Assembly (NCBI GenBank): GCA_009784615.1
Contig: WRBJ01000003.1
Span: 19,005-83,004, forward strand
Source of the DNA: Defluviitaleaceae bacterium
Lineage (GTDB): Bacteria > Bacillota > Clostridia > Lachnospirales > WRAX01
DNA length: 64,000 nt
Direction of reading: 5' to 3'
This document shows, in pieces, positions 46,305 to 55,318 of the stretch. The notes under the pieces are model-generated. The model was not told where the DNA came from and did no database searches. It saw nothing but the letters and a program-made list of their open reading frames with translations. The position numbers and the translations under genes are program-made. Within the stretch, counting starts at the first letter, position 1. Each line of letters opens with the position of its first letter.

Positions 46305-46392
46305 GGAGAAGTACTCAAGTGGCCGAAGAGGCGTCCCTGCTAAGGATGTAGGTCGGGCAACCGGCGCGAGGGTTCAAATCCCTCCTTCTCCG
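46305..46392 (+). tRNA. tRNA-Ser (anticodon GCU)
   Basis: The cloverleaf was folded by hand. It has acceptor GGAGAAG/CTTCTCC, anticodon loop CUGCUAA, a long variable arm, T-loop GGTTCAAATCC and discriminator G. No CCA is encoded. Confidence 0.9.
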
Positions 46393-46402
46393 TACTATAT
46401 AT

Positions 46403-46439
46403 AAAAAACTCCCCAACAAATTATGTTGGGGAGTTTTTA
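46403..46439. terminator. Bidirectional terminator
   Basis: AAAAAACTCCCCAACAaattaTGTTGGGGAGTTTTT lies between the tRNA and a convergent lipoprotein gene. Confidence 0.65.
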
Positions 46440-46448
46440 TATACTAAC

Positions 46449-47132
46449 CTAATTAAACATATTTAAAACATCATCAACAACTTGCACATCATCAAAATAT
46501 GTAATTATGATATATCTAATAATATCATCTTGTATATTAATAAATTGTCTACCATATGCCACCGTGCCTGAAAAACTTAACTCTGTTCCGAAACTATGCC
46601 AATCGTACGAGCCAATCCTAGTTATCGGAAAATTAAGGTCTACAGTTCCGCCAATATCTTCAATGCCTTCAGACGCAAATTCTACAAAAACATCTGTTGG
46701 TATACCAGATAGCAACGGATGCAATCTTTCAAATATAATTTGCACATTATTGCCCGTGTTCGGGTCTTGTACATAAATATCTGTAAACAAATCTGCATCG
46801 CCTGGCAAGTTAAATTCAAAGAAATCAAGCCCCAAGCCCAACAAAGCTGCAACTTCTGCATCGCTTAAAACATTCCAGCCTTCAGGCAAAGTAAAACTCA
46901 TATCCAAATATGCATTTGTGTAGACATCACCATTCCAAACACCACGTGAAACGCCTGCCACGGGACTATCATCGACATAATCACTAGACGACCCAATTGT
47001 GGTTACATCCTCAACATTAGGTGTAGTGACGTTGTTTTCGTTGTCATTATCATTACTGCGGTCATTGCAACCTGCAAAAACCATTACCCCGGCAACCAAA
47101 GCCGTTGCTACCAAAAAATTTCTTACCCTCAT
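46449..47132 (-). CDS. Putative lipoprotein
   Basis: Lipobox VFAGC-N is present, with an Asn/Asp-rich linker. No known domain recognised. Confidence 0.5.
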   Translation of the reverse strand: MRVRNFLVATALVAGVMVFAGCNDRSNDNDNENNVTTPNVEDVTTIGSSSDYVDDSPVAGVSRGVWNGDVYTNAYLDMSFTLPEGWNVLSDAEVAALLGLGLDFFEFNLPGDADLFTDIYVQDPNTGNNVQIIFERLHPLLSGIPTDVFVEFASEGIEDIGGTVDLNFPITRIGSYDWHSFGTELSFSGTVAYGRQFINIQDDIIRYIIITYFDDVQVVDDVLNMFN

Positions 47133-47186
47133 TTTAAATCTCCCTTTATTTTAATTTTTATTGCCAAATTTAACTTTCAGAACAAA

Positions 47187-48278
47187 TTACATACGCTCAA
47201 TGCTTCTGCTCATCTGCTCTGGATTTGTAGCGTGTGTAATAGCTGTTTCTTTTGTAATATCACCTTTTTTAAATAGGTTAAGGATGTAGGAATCCATACT
47301 AATCATCCCTGTGCCAGATGATGTTTGCAAGACATTGTCAATTTGGAAAGTTTTAGATTCTCTTATTAAATTGCGTATGGCACTGTTTACGTGCATAACT
47401 TCAAACGCAGGCACCACGCCGCCGCTGGCTTTTGGCAATAATTGCTGTGATATAACCGTCCTTAATAGCAATGGCAGTTGAAAACGCACTTGTGTTTGCT
47501 GTTGTGCGGGAAAAACGTCCACAATACGCTCTATTGTATTTGCCGCACCCAATGTATGTAGGGTAGATATAAGCAAATGTCCTGTTTCTGCGGCAGTCAT
47601 CGCAGTTTTAATTGTTTCGTGGTCACGCATTTCACCTAGCAAAATAATATCGGGTGCTTGACGCAAACAGGCTCGCAAAGCTGTCAAATAAGACCTTGTG
47701 TCTGTAGAAATCTCCCGCTGACTTACAAGGCTTTTTTTATCTTTATGAAGATATTCAATAGGGTCTTCCAATGTTATTATATGCCCGTTTCTTGTGCTGT
47801 TAATAGCGTCGATAATGCAGGCAAGCGTTGTTGTTTTGCCGCTACCAGCGGGTCCCGTTACCAAAACCATACCGTTTTTTTCATTAGCCACCTTCATAAC
47901 TTCTTCAGGAATATGAAGGTTTTGATAATTAGGCAAATCAAAAGAAACTACACGTATAACCGCCGCAAATGTGCCGCGCTGGTTATAGGCCGAAACCCTA
48001 AAACGAGCAACCCCAGCAAGAGTTATAGGAAAATCATCGTCGCCGTTTTTTTCATAGTTGCTAATATCCCTTTGGGCATATTCGTATAATTCTTTTACAT
48101 ATTTATTGGCTGTTGCAGGACTTACACGTTCTTCGCTTTGTTCTGCAATACTGCCATCTATCCTAAAAGACATATGCCGTCCTGCCCCAATAAAAATATC
48201 TGATGCATTTTTTTGCACCGCTTGTTCTAACCAGTGTCGCACAGATTCGTTCACAAAAAACCTCCCAATTATCGACAA
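47187..48278 (-). CDS. pilT: PilT-family type IV pilus (retraction-type) ATPase
   Basis: Walker A GPAGSGKTT, Walker B DIILLGEMRD and His box TGHLLISTLHT are present, along with the PilT signature AIRNLIRE. Length 363 aa. Confidence 0.85.
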   Translation of the reverse strand: MSIIGRFFVNESVRHWLEQAVQKNASDIFIGAGRHMSFRIDGSIAEQSEERVSPATANKYVKELYEYAQRDISNYEKNGDDDFPITLAGVARFRVSAYNQRGTFAAVIRVVSFDLPNYQNLHIPEEVMKVANEKNGMVLVTGPAGSGKTTTLACIIDAINSTRNGHIITLEDPIEYLHKDKKSLVSQREISTDTRSYLTALRACLRQAPDIILLGEMRDHETIKTAMTAAETGHLLISTLHTLGAANTIERIVDVFPAQQQTQVRFQLPLLLRTVISQQLLPKASGGVVPAFEVMHVNSAIRNLIRESKTFQIDNVLQTSSGTGMISMDSYILNLFKKGDITKETAITHATNPEQMSRSIERM

Positions 48279-48286
48279 AATGTCAT

Positions 48287-48706
48287 CTATTCAAAAAACC
48301 CCTGCCAAACATTTATATCTATATCAGCAGTCCAATCATTTGTATTATACATCACCCATTCAAAAATTTCAAGAGAATTATCATCTGCCACGCCAATTTC
48401 TACACGCAAAACCTGCACCTCGTTTATAGGCACAGCAAAAACAATATGCCGCAAACCTTCATATTGGCTGGATAAAATACCGATGCCCATAATATTTTCA
48501 GGCGTTTGCGATGATGATAAAATTTCGTCCACAATCTGTTCTGCAATAACATCTGCTATAAAAAAATCCTGCACAAGCCCAACCTCTGAATTAACCAAAT
48601 TTTGGCTGGTAAGCGCAGGCACCAGCGATATTATTGCAAAAATCGCAAGACACAAAACAACAAAAACAAGCATAATGGACGCACTGCCAATGCCGCCTCT
48701 TATCAT
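48287..48706 (-). CDS. Membrane-anchored pilus-operon protein
   Basis: An N-terminal hydrophobic anchor. It is translationally coupled within the operon. Confidence 0.35.
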   Translation of the reverse strand: MIRGGIGSASIMLVFVVLCLAIFAIISLVPALTSQNLVNSEVGLVQDFFIADVIAEQIVDEILSSSQTPENIMGIGILSSQYEGLRHIVFAVPINEVQVLRVEIGVADDNSLEIFEWVMYNTNDWTADIDINVWQGFFE

Positions 48707-49068
48707 CGTACACCCCTCCTTGCCGCCGCCGTAAGGGTTACAAGCTCCTCACCATCATCAACCCTTATAACCACAATATCAGCAAAAACAATATTACCAC
48801 CGTCATCACGCACGGTCATATCCAAAGAAAAATTTTCGTCAATATCCCTGTTTATCATTTCAACAACCTTATCAGCATCGCCGCCAAAGGCTTTAAAACT
48901 TTCTGCAGCACTTTCTGCAACAGCCAGCGCATTACGTGCGTCCACAGAATTTTGCGTAATCAAATATGCCGAAGATATAATGCTAACACTAACTGCGGCA
49001 CAAAAGGCAAAAATTGCTATTACAATAATTTGCTCTATTAACAAAAGGGTTGATTTTGAACGTTTCAT
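48703..49068 (-). CDS. Prepilin-like (pseudopilin) protein with an atypical leader
   Basis: The N-terminus MKRSKSTLLLIEQIIVIAIFAF resembles the class III signal/N-terminal helix with a conserved Glu, but lacks the Gly at the cleavage site. Confidence 0.5.
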   Translation of the reverse strand: MKRSKSTLLLIEQIIVIAIFAFCAAVSVSIISSAYLITQNSVDARNALAVAESAAESFKAFGGDADKVVEMINRDIDENFSLDMTVRDDGGNIVFADIVVIRVDDGEELVTLTAAARRGVR

Positions 49069-49568
49069 TAATCCAATACCTCCCTTTGTGATATTGCAGA
49101 GCTTCGTGGCAAAATCAGTGTGCTACCATAATTTGTATTAACACGCAACAAACCTTCTTCAATTATTTCAAAGCTCAAATAATCAATGCCAATAATCCTT
49201 ATACCATCTTGCGGCAAAAATTCAAGTCCGCTTTCGTAAAAAAGCTCGTAAACCCCGCCATTATAATAATAAATAAGCGTATAAAAATTACGCCCGTTAA
49301 TATCTTCGTGCATACTTAATGCCGCTTGACCGTGAAAATCAGTAATTGTAATCGCATCGGCTCTATCGTTTTGCCTTATTTTTGTCCTGATATACGACAG
49401 GACAATACGTTCGTTTTGCCCTTCGCTTGCAATATCATTAATATTGCTGTATGTGCTTGCGCTTAAAATAAGCACCAAAAAAACCGATACCGCAAAAATG
49501 CAAAATACCATAAGCACAAAAACCGTGTCTATTTTATTATTAGTTTTATATTTTTTTAACATATTCAC
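49068..49568 (-). CDS. Membrane-anchored pilus-operon protein
   Basis: An N-terminal TM anchor, with start/stop overlaps with both neighbours. Confidence 0.35.
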   Translation of the reverse strand: MNMLKKYKTNNKIDTVFVLMVFCIFAVSVFLVLILSASTYSNINDIASEGQNERIVLSYIRTKIRQNDRADAITITDFHGQAALSMHEDINGRNFYTLIYYYNGGVYELFYESGLEFLPQDGIRIIGIDYLSFEIIEEGLLRVNTNYGSTLILPRSSAISQREVLD

Positions 49569-49574
49569 CGCCTA

Positions 49575-49907
49575 TTAGTCATCAAGTGCAAAAACAATGA
49601 TGTCGGGTAAGATATTTAAAGCAAAAACATCATAATGCACAACAAATCTTGTGTGGTCTATGTGTACATTAAAATTTTCTACAATATAATCCAAACTTTC
49701 AGGAAAATGCCCATTTACCGCATAACTATGTATGGCAACACGCAAAATGGTTTCTTCTAACAAACGCACACCTTCGGCACGACTTGAATCTTCCGCCTGA
49801 TTAAAGCCGATAATAAGTGCGCCAATAATGGTAAGCGTAACAATAAAAGGTGCCACGCCTATAATCAGCGAATGAAGAAAACCTCTTTTAAAAACCCGTT
49901 TTTTCAT
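49575..49907 (-). CDS. Membrane-anchored pilin-like protein (degenerate prepilin motif)
   Basis: The N-terminus MKKRVFKRGFLHSLIIGV has KRGF followed by a hydrophobic helix, but no Glu at +5. Confidence 0.35.
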   Translation of the reverse strand: MKKRVFKRGFLHSLIIGVAPFIVTLTIIGALIIGFNQAEDSSRAEGVRLLEETILRVAIHSYAVNGHFPESLDYIVENFNVHIDHTRFVVHYDVFALNILPDIIVFALDD

Positions 49908-49921
49908 AAAGCACCCCTAAC

Positions 49922-50968
49922 CTATCCAATAGATGTCATTATACCAATAAGCGGCATCATAACCGAAAGCAGTATAATGCCTACAATAACCGATGTTGTA
50001 ATGACAAGCGTGGGTTCAATACGTCCAACAACCTGCGCTATTTCATCCTGTACAGCTGTGTCGTTTCGGCGGGCTATCTCTTGCATTGTACTGTCTGCCA
50101 TACCACTTTGGTCGCCTAACGATAACAACCTGCCGTCCCTTGCATTTAAAATGCCCGTTTCTTTTAACGCAACAGCAAGCCTTTCACCAGAATTAAGCAT
50201 TTCTATGCATTTGTCATATTTTTTGTTTAATACTTCAGACTCGCCATTAACAGAAGCAGCTAAATTTATAGATTCTTCTGTACCAAGCCCACTTGATAGT
50301 GCAAGTGATAGCGAAGAAACAAATCTAAAGGTAGCAATACGTCCAAAAATACCTTTTGCACCCCATTTATTTCTTGCCCATTTTGCAATGCCGCTACGTA
50401 TACCCTTAACAGCCCACATTAAAAATACAATAACAAAAACAGCAAAAACCACAATTGCAATAGTAACAGACGCACCCCTAAACCACATACCAAAATCCAT
50501 TAGTTGCGAAGCAAAAGGCGACATTTGCGTACCCATACGTGCCATAACATCATTAAATATAGGCAAAACTTGTATAAGCAAAATAAGCACAACCACAATC
50601 ATCATACCAAGCAAAATCGCAGGATACATCACTGCAGATTTTATAGCCGCCGCAAGCCTGTCCTGCCTTTCATAATGCTCTGATAACGCTTTTAAAGTTT
50701 GTGTCAGCCGCCCTGTCTTTTCGCCTATTTCAATCGTGCTAACCATATAAGGCGGAAAATGACCACAACCCGCCATAGCGGCAGAAAGCGGTATATTGTC
50801 TTGCAGTTTGTCCGAAAGCAGGTTTAATATTTTTTGAGCATCTTTGTCCGGCTCGTCTTCCATCATTATAGAAACGCCGTGGTCTATCGTTATGCCCGTA
50901 TCCAATAGCATAGATATTTCCAAACATAATGTTGATAAATATGCATTTGTAAGGTTTTTGCTACCCAT
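49922..50968 (-). CDS. Type II secretion system F / PilC-family platform protein
   Basis: A duplicated T2SSF-like architecture with three TM segments, 348 aa. It is the first gene of the operon. Confidence 0.75.
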   Translation of the reverse strand: MGSKNLTNAYLSTLCLEISMLLDTGITIDHGVSIMMEDEPDKDAQKILNLLSDKLQDNIPLSAAMAGCGHFPPYMVSTIEIGEKTGRLTQTLKALSEHYERQDRLAAAIKSAVMYPAILLGMMIVVVLILLIQVLPIFNDVMARMGTQMSPFASQLMDFGMWFRGASVTIAIVVFAVFVIVFLMWAVKGIRSGIAKWARNKWGAKGIFGRIATFRFVSSLSLALSSGLGTEESINLAASVNGESEVLNKKYDKCIEMLNSGERLAVALKETGILNARDGRLLSLGDQSGMADSTMQEIARRNDTAVQDEIAQVVGRIEPTLVITTSVIVGIILLSVMMPLIGIMTSIG

Positions 50969-51108
50969 TGCAATCCTCCCATTTACATTACATTTGCCTT
51001 AGAGCTTCGCCAATTAAAAATGACAAAACCCTAAGGCATAATAATTCTTTTTAACATTATAGCAAATAAACTTGTAAAAATCAACAAGTTTATTTATTTT
51101 ATATAATT

Positions 51109-52077
51109 CTAGTGTAGATGAGTTTGACGGTGATTGCCGCCAGTGCCAACAAATCTAGCCGCTTCAACAGAGCCGCCCGTTGCAGAAAATGTCGGGTCCA
51201 TCAGCCTCCAGTCATTACCGTCAAATTGAATAAGGTCGTTTACCCAGCCGTGTTCACGTGTAAAAACGCTAATCCAAGCGTGGCGTACATCGCCAACATA
51301 ACCAATTGCAAGCCTTGTTGGTATGCCTTGGCTACGAAGCATTGCCGTCATCAACGAAGCATAGTCAAAACAAATACCCCTTCTTCTTTCAAGCACTGCT
51401 TCTAAATCCGGAACATAACCCGATTGCACGTTTTGCGCAAGGTCAAAATCATATGTAATATTATCTACAACCCAATTATACACTCTGGAAACACTGTCCA
51501 AATCTGATGTAGCCACCGCAGTCAACATTCTTGCCAACGACACAGCAGTGCTTTGTGCGTTAAAATTAACAAATTGATTCGGACGTAAAAATGGCGCAAA
51601 CTCGTTTCTTAACACTAGGTCGATATTGACATTATTTGTAACAGAAAACCTGCCGTCACCAACAGCTTCTGCAATTCTAACGGTATAACTGCCGTTGCCG
51701 CCTGTTAATGGAAAACTTTCCCAATCGCCTGCCGTGCTTAGACGATATTGGTATTGCGTACCGTTTGGTCCAATAATAACAACACGTATATCTGTGGCAC
51801 TTGGTACAAGCCATCTAGCCATAACATAACCATCATTTGCATTAGAAAAATCAATTTCGCCCCTAGCATTTCTATTAACATCTCTGCCAGATGCCACATT
51901 TGTCAGCACTGTAGATTGTGCCGTAAGCGCACCACTGTTTTTAGCCGTGTTAAGAGGCACGTCAATGCCCGAAAATGCCGTAATTGTTTCTATGCTATTT
52001 AAATGAAAAACTAAGCCCATAGCAAAAACCGACAATGCCGCAACAATAGCAATGCGTATTTTTTTCATTTTCTTCAT
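51109..52077 (-). CDS. Transglutaminase-like (cysteine protease fold) secreted/anchored protein
   Basis: An N-terminal anchor is followed by the core GICFDYASLMTAMLRSQGIPTR...HAW...DPT (Cys-His-Asp). Confidence 0.75.
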   Translation of the reverse strand: MKKMKKIRIAIVAALSVFAMGLVFHLNSIETITAFSGIDVPLNTAKNSGALTAQSTVLTNVASGRDVNRNARGEIDFSNANDGYVMARWLVPSATDIRVVIIGPNGTQYQYRLSTAGDWESFPLTGGNGSYTVRIAEAVGDGRFSVTNNVNIDLVLRNEFAPFLRPNQFVNFNAQSTAVSLARMLTAVATSDLDSVSRVYNWVVDNITYDFDLAQNVQSGYVPDLEAVLERRRGICFDYASLMTAMLRSQGIPTRLAIGYVGDVRHAWISVFTREHGWVNDLIQFDGNDWRLMDPTFSATGGSVEAARFVGTGGNHRQTHLH

Positions 52078-52278
52078 AATAGTCTCTCCCGTTAAAATGT
52101 CGTTTTTATAATAGACGTTTAATTCAGCTATTTAGTTTCATATTTAATCAAAATTATTCGGCGGCAATCAACCTACCTAAAATAACACGCCGCCAAGGAC
52201 TTTCGTAGCCATATTGCTAGACAGAGGCAAAGAAATTTTGCCTCTGTCTAGTATTTAATACATCACTTTCATTAGTGA

Positions 52279-53337
52279 TTATTTAATTGAGGTATTGTCT
52301 GGTTGGTTTTTAAATTTTCTGATGTAACGACCTGCAACAGCCGCTAGGAAAACAGAAATTAAAAGACCGAATGTAGCAACAATAGCAACAGAACCTACGC
52401 TGGTGTTAGGCATATAACTAAGTGGAACTTCAACCTCTGTAAGAGTTATATACTCATCTTGCTGTGGAGGTTTTTCTTCAACCACCAAATTAGCAAGAGG
52501 AGTTTCCAAATCTTCCAATTCAACAAGCTCTTCTTGTGGCTCGAAAGCAGTTAAAGGAGTTTCGATGTCAGCTAAATCAATGATTTCGAGTTGCTCGAAG
52601 TCTGCAACCTCTGCAATCGGCGGGTCTGCTTCATCCAAATCAACGATTTCCGTAGTTGGTTCTATAGGGGTTTCTTCAGGAGTAGCTTCGGGTGTTGGTT
52701 CAGGCGTTTGCTCTTCAAATGTTGGTTCTTCGGGTGTTGGTTCTGGGGTTGGTTCTATAGGAGTATTTTCTGGAGTAACTTCGGGGGTTTGCTCTTCAAT
52801 TGCTGGTTCTTCGGGTGTTGGTTCTGGAATTGGTTCTTTAGGTGTTGGTTCTGGGGTTGGTTCTTCAATAGTTGGCGGCTCAACATTAGAGCTATTTCCA
52901 ACGAACCAATTAATTTGATTAAAGTTATTATTTCCGCCAGGAACACTTGTCAAATGGAAAGTTCCAGTAGAATTGAGTTCAACCGTACCGTAAGTGCTAC
53001 CACTTTGCACCCTCAAGAAGATAGAATATCCTTCGGCAATATCACGAATTTCAACTACGATAACATTATCGCGCGATGGATGAAAATTGTTAATTGTTAC
53101 ATCAATATTATCATCGGTTATAATTTGATTGCCATCGTTTGGTGTTATTTTATTATTGTCTGAGCCAAAATTTTCCCAGTCTCTTGAAAAATCATCTCCG
53201 CTAACAAGAGTGTATCCATCTTCATTAGGGTTTGAAATAATTAAATTTGTCGGGTCAAAACCAATATAATCGCCTATCATTTTTGTTACCTCCCAAAGAA
53301 TAAATAATTCTGCCTTATTTGAGGTTAGTTTCCTCAT
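52279..53337 (-). CDS. Pro/Thr/Glu-rich protein with a C-terminal sorting-signal-like anchor
   Basis: The C-terminus reads VPLSYMPNTS, then a hydrophobic helix, then RYIRKFK. No N-terminal signal peptide is visible. The start may instead be at 53280. Confidence 0.5.
   Translation of the reverse strand: MRKLTSNKAELFILWEVTKMIGDYIGFDPTNLIISNPNEDGYTLVSGDDFSRDWENFGSDNNKITPNDGNQIITDDNIDVTINNFHPSRDNVIVVEIRDIAEGYSIFLRVQSGSTYGTVELNSTGTFHLTSVPGGNNNFNQINWFVGNSSNVEPPTIEEPTPEPTPKEPIPEPTPEEPAIEEQTPEVTPENTPIEPTPEPTPEEPTFEEQTPEPTPEATPEETPIEPTTEIVDLDEADPPIAEVADFEQLEIIDLADIETPLTAFEPQEELVELEDLETPLANLVVEEKPPQQDEYITLTEVEVPLSYMPNTSVGSVAIVATFGLLISVFLAAVAGRYIRKFKNQPDNTSIK
52648..52881 (-). repeat. Coding low-complexity EPTPE repeat region
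   Basis: About 78 codons of (E/P/T)-rich repeats show an approximate two-fold internal duplication (EPTPEEP.(I/F)EEQTPE.TPE.TPIEPT). Confidence 0.8.
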
Positions 53338-53373
53338 TTTTAGCCTATTTATTCTAGGGTCGTCGTTTGCTAG

Positions 53374-54294
53374 CTAGTCGCCCGATACATTATTGTTTAT
53401 AACAAACTCTGTGCTATGGCTGGCTTTTTCTTCAAAACCAAATATTGCATACGCACGTATGTTTATTACTGCTTTGTTTTCACCTTCTTTAAGGCTTTTA
53501 GAGTTTATATTTGCTTCTGTAGTTGTACCAGGGGCTATATATTCTGATATATAAAGCACTTCATCGGTGTCTTGCAGAGCAATTTCAAATATAAACCAAT
53601 ATTCGTTTTCTATTGGGTTGTGTAGAGTTATTATAACATCGTCGGCTGTCATCGTTATGTCGTTTATCATAGGAAAGAATATTTCATCATTATTATCTTG
53701 CCAAGCGGCAAGCGGTACTGTATCATCGGTAAGATTAATAAATTCTTGTCCACCGTTGTTTACAACAGCTATGCCTATAGCGGCGGCTGTTGCCGTTGCC
53801 GTTGTAGCGTATAACGCTTTATGCACTTTTTTGTTTTTAAAAAAACTTGGTTTTTGCTTTGTGTTTGCTGCAAAAGATATATTTTGCATATCTGTCGTTT
53901 CGCCTATTTTGTTAATATCATCTTGATTGTTGGCTGCCCAGCCACGACCCCATTGAACTTTAAAGCGGTAGCCAGTTTCTGCTACGTATTCTATCCACAT
54001 AAAGCCCTGTCCTGCTTCACTAATCTTTTGAATTAATTGCTTTAGACTTGCTTTTACCGTTTGTCTGTCAAAGTTTCCGTCGTTCCAAGCTATTTGGTAG
54101 ATAGACTCAAAATCCACTGTATCGTTTTGACGTTGAGCTAATGCTTGTAGTGTGTCAAATTCTTGTGAGCTAAGCGGGATTTTTGAACCCATTGCCGTGC
54201 TTGCCTGCTTGTTTGTAATATCAAGATTTAGCGGACCTGCGATGTAATAGTCTTTAATAATGCCGTCTTGTTTAAAATATTCAATTAATCCCAT
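53374..54294 (-). CDS. Membrane-bound winged-helix (OmpR/PhoB-type) regulator without a receiver domain (ToxR/CadC-like architecture)
   Basis: The N-terminal trans_reg_C-like region (LSSQEFDTLQALAQ....VDFESIYQIAW...........VKASLKQLIQKI......FMWIEYV.ETGYRF) is followed by a TM helix (TATATAAAIGIAVV) and a ~120-aa external domain. Confidence 0.6.
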   Translation of the reverse strand: MGLIEYFKQDGIIKDYYIAGPLNLDITNKQASTAMGSKIPLSSQEFDTLQALAQRQNDTVDFESIYQIAWNDGNFDRQTVKASLKQLIQKISEAGQGFMWIEYVAETGYRFKVQWGRGWAANNQDDINKIGETTDMQNISFAANTKQKPSFFKNKKVHKALYATTATATAAAIGIAVVNNGGQEFINLTDDTVPLAAWQDNNDEIFFPMINDITMTADDVIITLHNPIENEYWFIFEIALQDTDEVLYISEYIAPGTTTEANINSKSLKEGENKAVINIRAYAIFGFEEKASHSTEFVINNNVSGD

Positions 54295-54419
54295 CGCTAC
54301 ACCGCCTTTCTACTTTGTTGTTAGTCTGTAGTCTGCTAACTGTAACTAATATATCATATAATTTTATTGAGAAAGATGAAAGTTTCTAATTCTTAACCGA
54401 CAAACATTTATGTAACCGG

Positions 54420-55103
54420 CTACTCCCTTTCAAAACTGTATCCTTCGCCCCTAAAGGCTACTATAGTGTAGCCCGAATTGTTTAGTTTTGTGCGTAGTTT
54501 AGATATGGCTACCTTTAATGCAGTGTCTTGTTTTAGCATATTATGACCCCATACTTTTAGGTACAAAGATTCTGTATTTAATATTTCTTCGGGGTGTTGT
54601 ACAAACTGTTGCAGCAGGGCTAGTTCTTTTTGGGTTAGGTTCATATCTTCATTATTTACAAATGCTTTGCCCGACGCTAGGTTTATCTTTATGTTTCCTA
54701 CATTTAATACATCGGGTATTGTCATAGCGCGTCGCATTAACACAGTAAGGCGTACAAGAAATATTTCTACATCATATGGTTTTACCAAATAATCATCGGC
54801 ACCTGCTTCAAGCCCGTTTATTATTTCATTAGGTGTACCTAGTGCCGATACCATCATAACGGGGGCATTGGATACCTTGCGAAAATCACGCAAAAAATCT
54901 ATGCCCGAACCGTCCGGCAAGCGAACATCCAAAACAACGGCATTTGGCATTTCTTCAGATATTATTGCCTGTGCTTGTGCAATGTTAAACGCCTGTTTGA
55001 TGTCATAACCACGCTGTTGCAATATTTCTTTATTTTTTGACTGTATGGTAGGCTCATCATCTACCAACAGCAAATATCCACCCCGATATGCATTGCTGCT
55101 CAT
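54420..55103 (-). CDS. OmpR-family response regulator
   Basis: A receiver domain (LLLVDDEP...VLDVRLPDGSG) is followed by a winged-helix output domain (LTQKELALLQ...GYSFE). Confidence 0.85.
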   Translation of the reverse strand: MSSNAYRGGYLLLVDDEPTIQSKNKEILQQRGYDIKQAFNIAQAQAIISEEMPNAVVLDVRLPDGSGIDFLRDFRKVSNAPVMMVSALGTPNEIINGLEAGADDYLVKPYDVEIFLVRLTVLMRRAMTIPDVLNVGNIKINLASGKAFVNNEDMNLTQKELALLQQFVQHPEEILNTESLYLKVWGHNMLKQDTALKVAISKLRTKLNNSGYTIVAFRGEGYSFERE

Positions 55104-55147
55104 TTTGAGCCCCCTTTTAACGATACTGGATACTGACAAAAAGATAT

Positions 55148-55314
55148 GCAAAATCAGCTTCTTAGTTATTATAGCTTATAGCATATTTTTCTGTTTGTCA
55201 ATATACCTTGCGAAAATCACACAAAAAAATTATATCTACCAACAGCAAAAAAACACGCAAAATCAGTTTCTTAGTCATTATAGCTTATAGCATATCTCTC
55301 TGTCTGTCAATATA
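55148..55314. repeat. Tandem ~58-bp direct repeat bracketing a response-regulator gene scar
   Basis: Coordinates 55148-55205 and 55257-55314 are about 90% identical. The 51 bp between them is a mosaic of two fragments of the adjacent RR gene. Confidence 0.75.
55206..55256 (-). pseudogene. Collapsed remnant of a duplicated response-regulator gene
   Basis: ACCTTGCGAAAATCAC(a)CAAAAAA matches 54874-54897, and ATCTACCAACAGCAAA matches 55059-55074 within the intact RR gene. Confidence 0.6.
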
Positions 55315-55318
55315 TCTT

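Noticed and set aside
52565-53163. Plus-strand Gly/Ser/Val-rich ORFs (117 and 190 aa).
   Set aside because: They are the antisense read-through of the EPTPE low-complexity repeat in the minus-strand surface protein gene.
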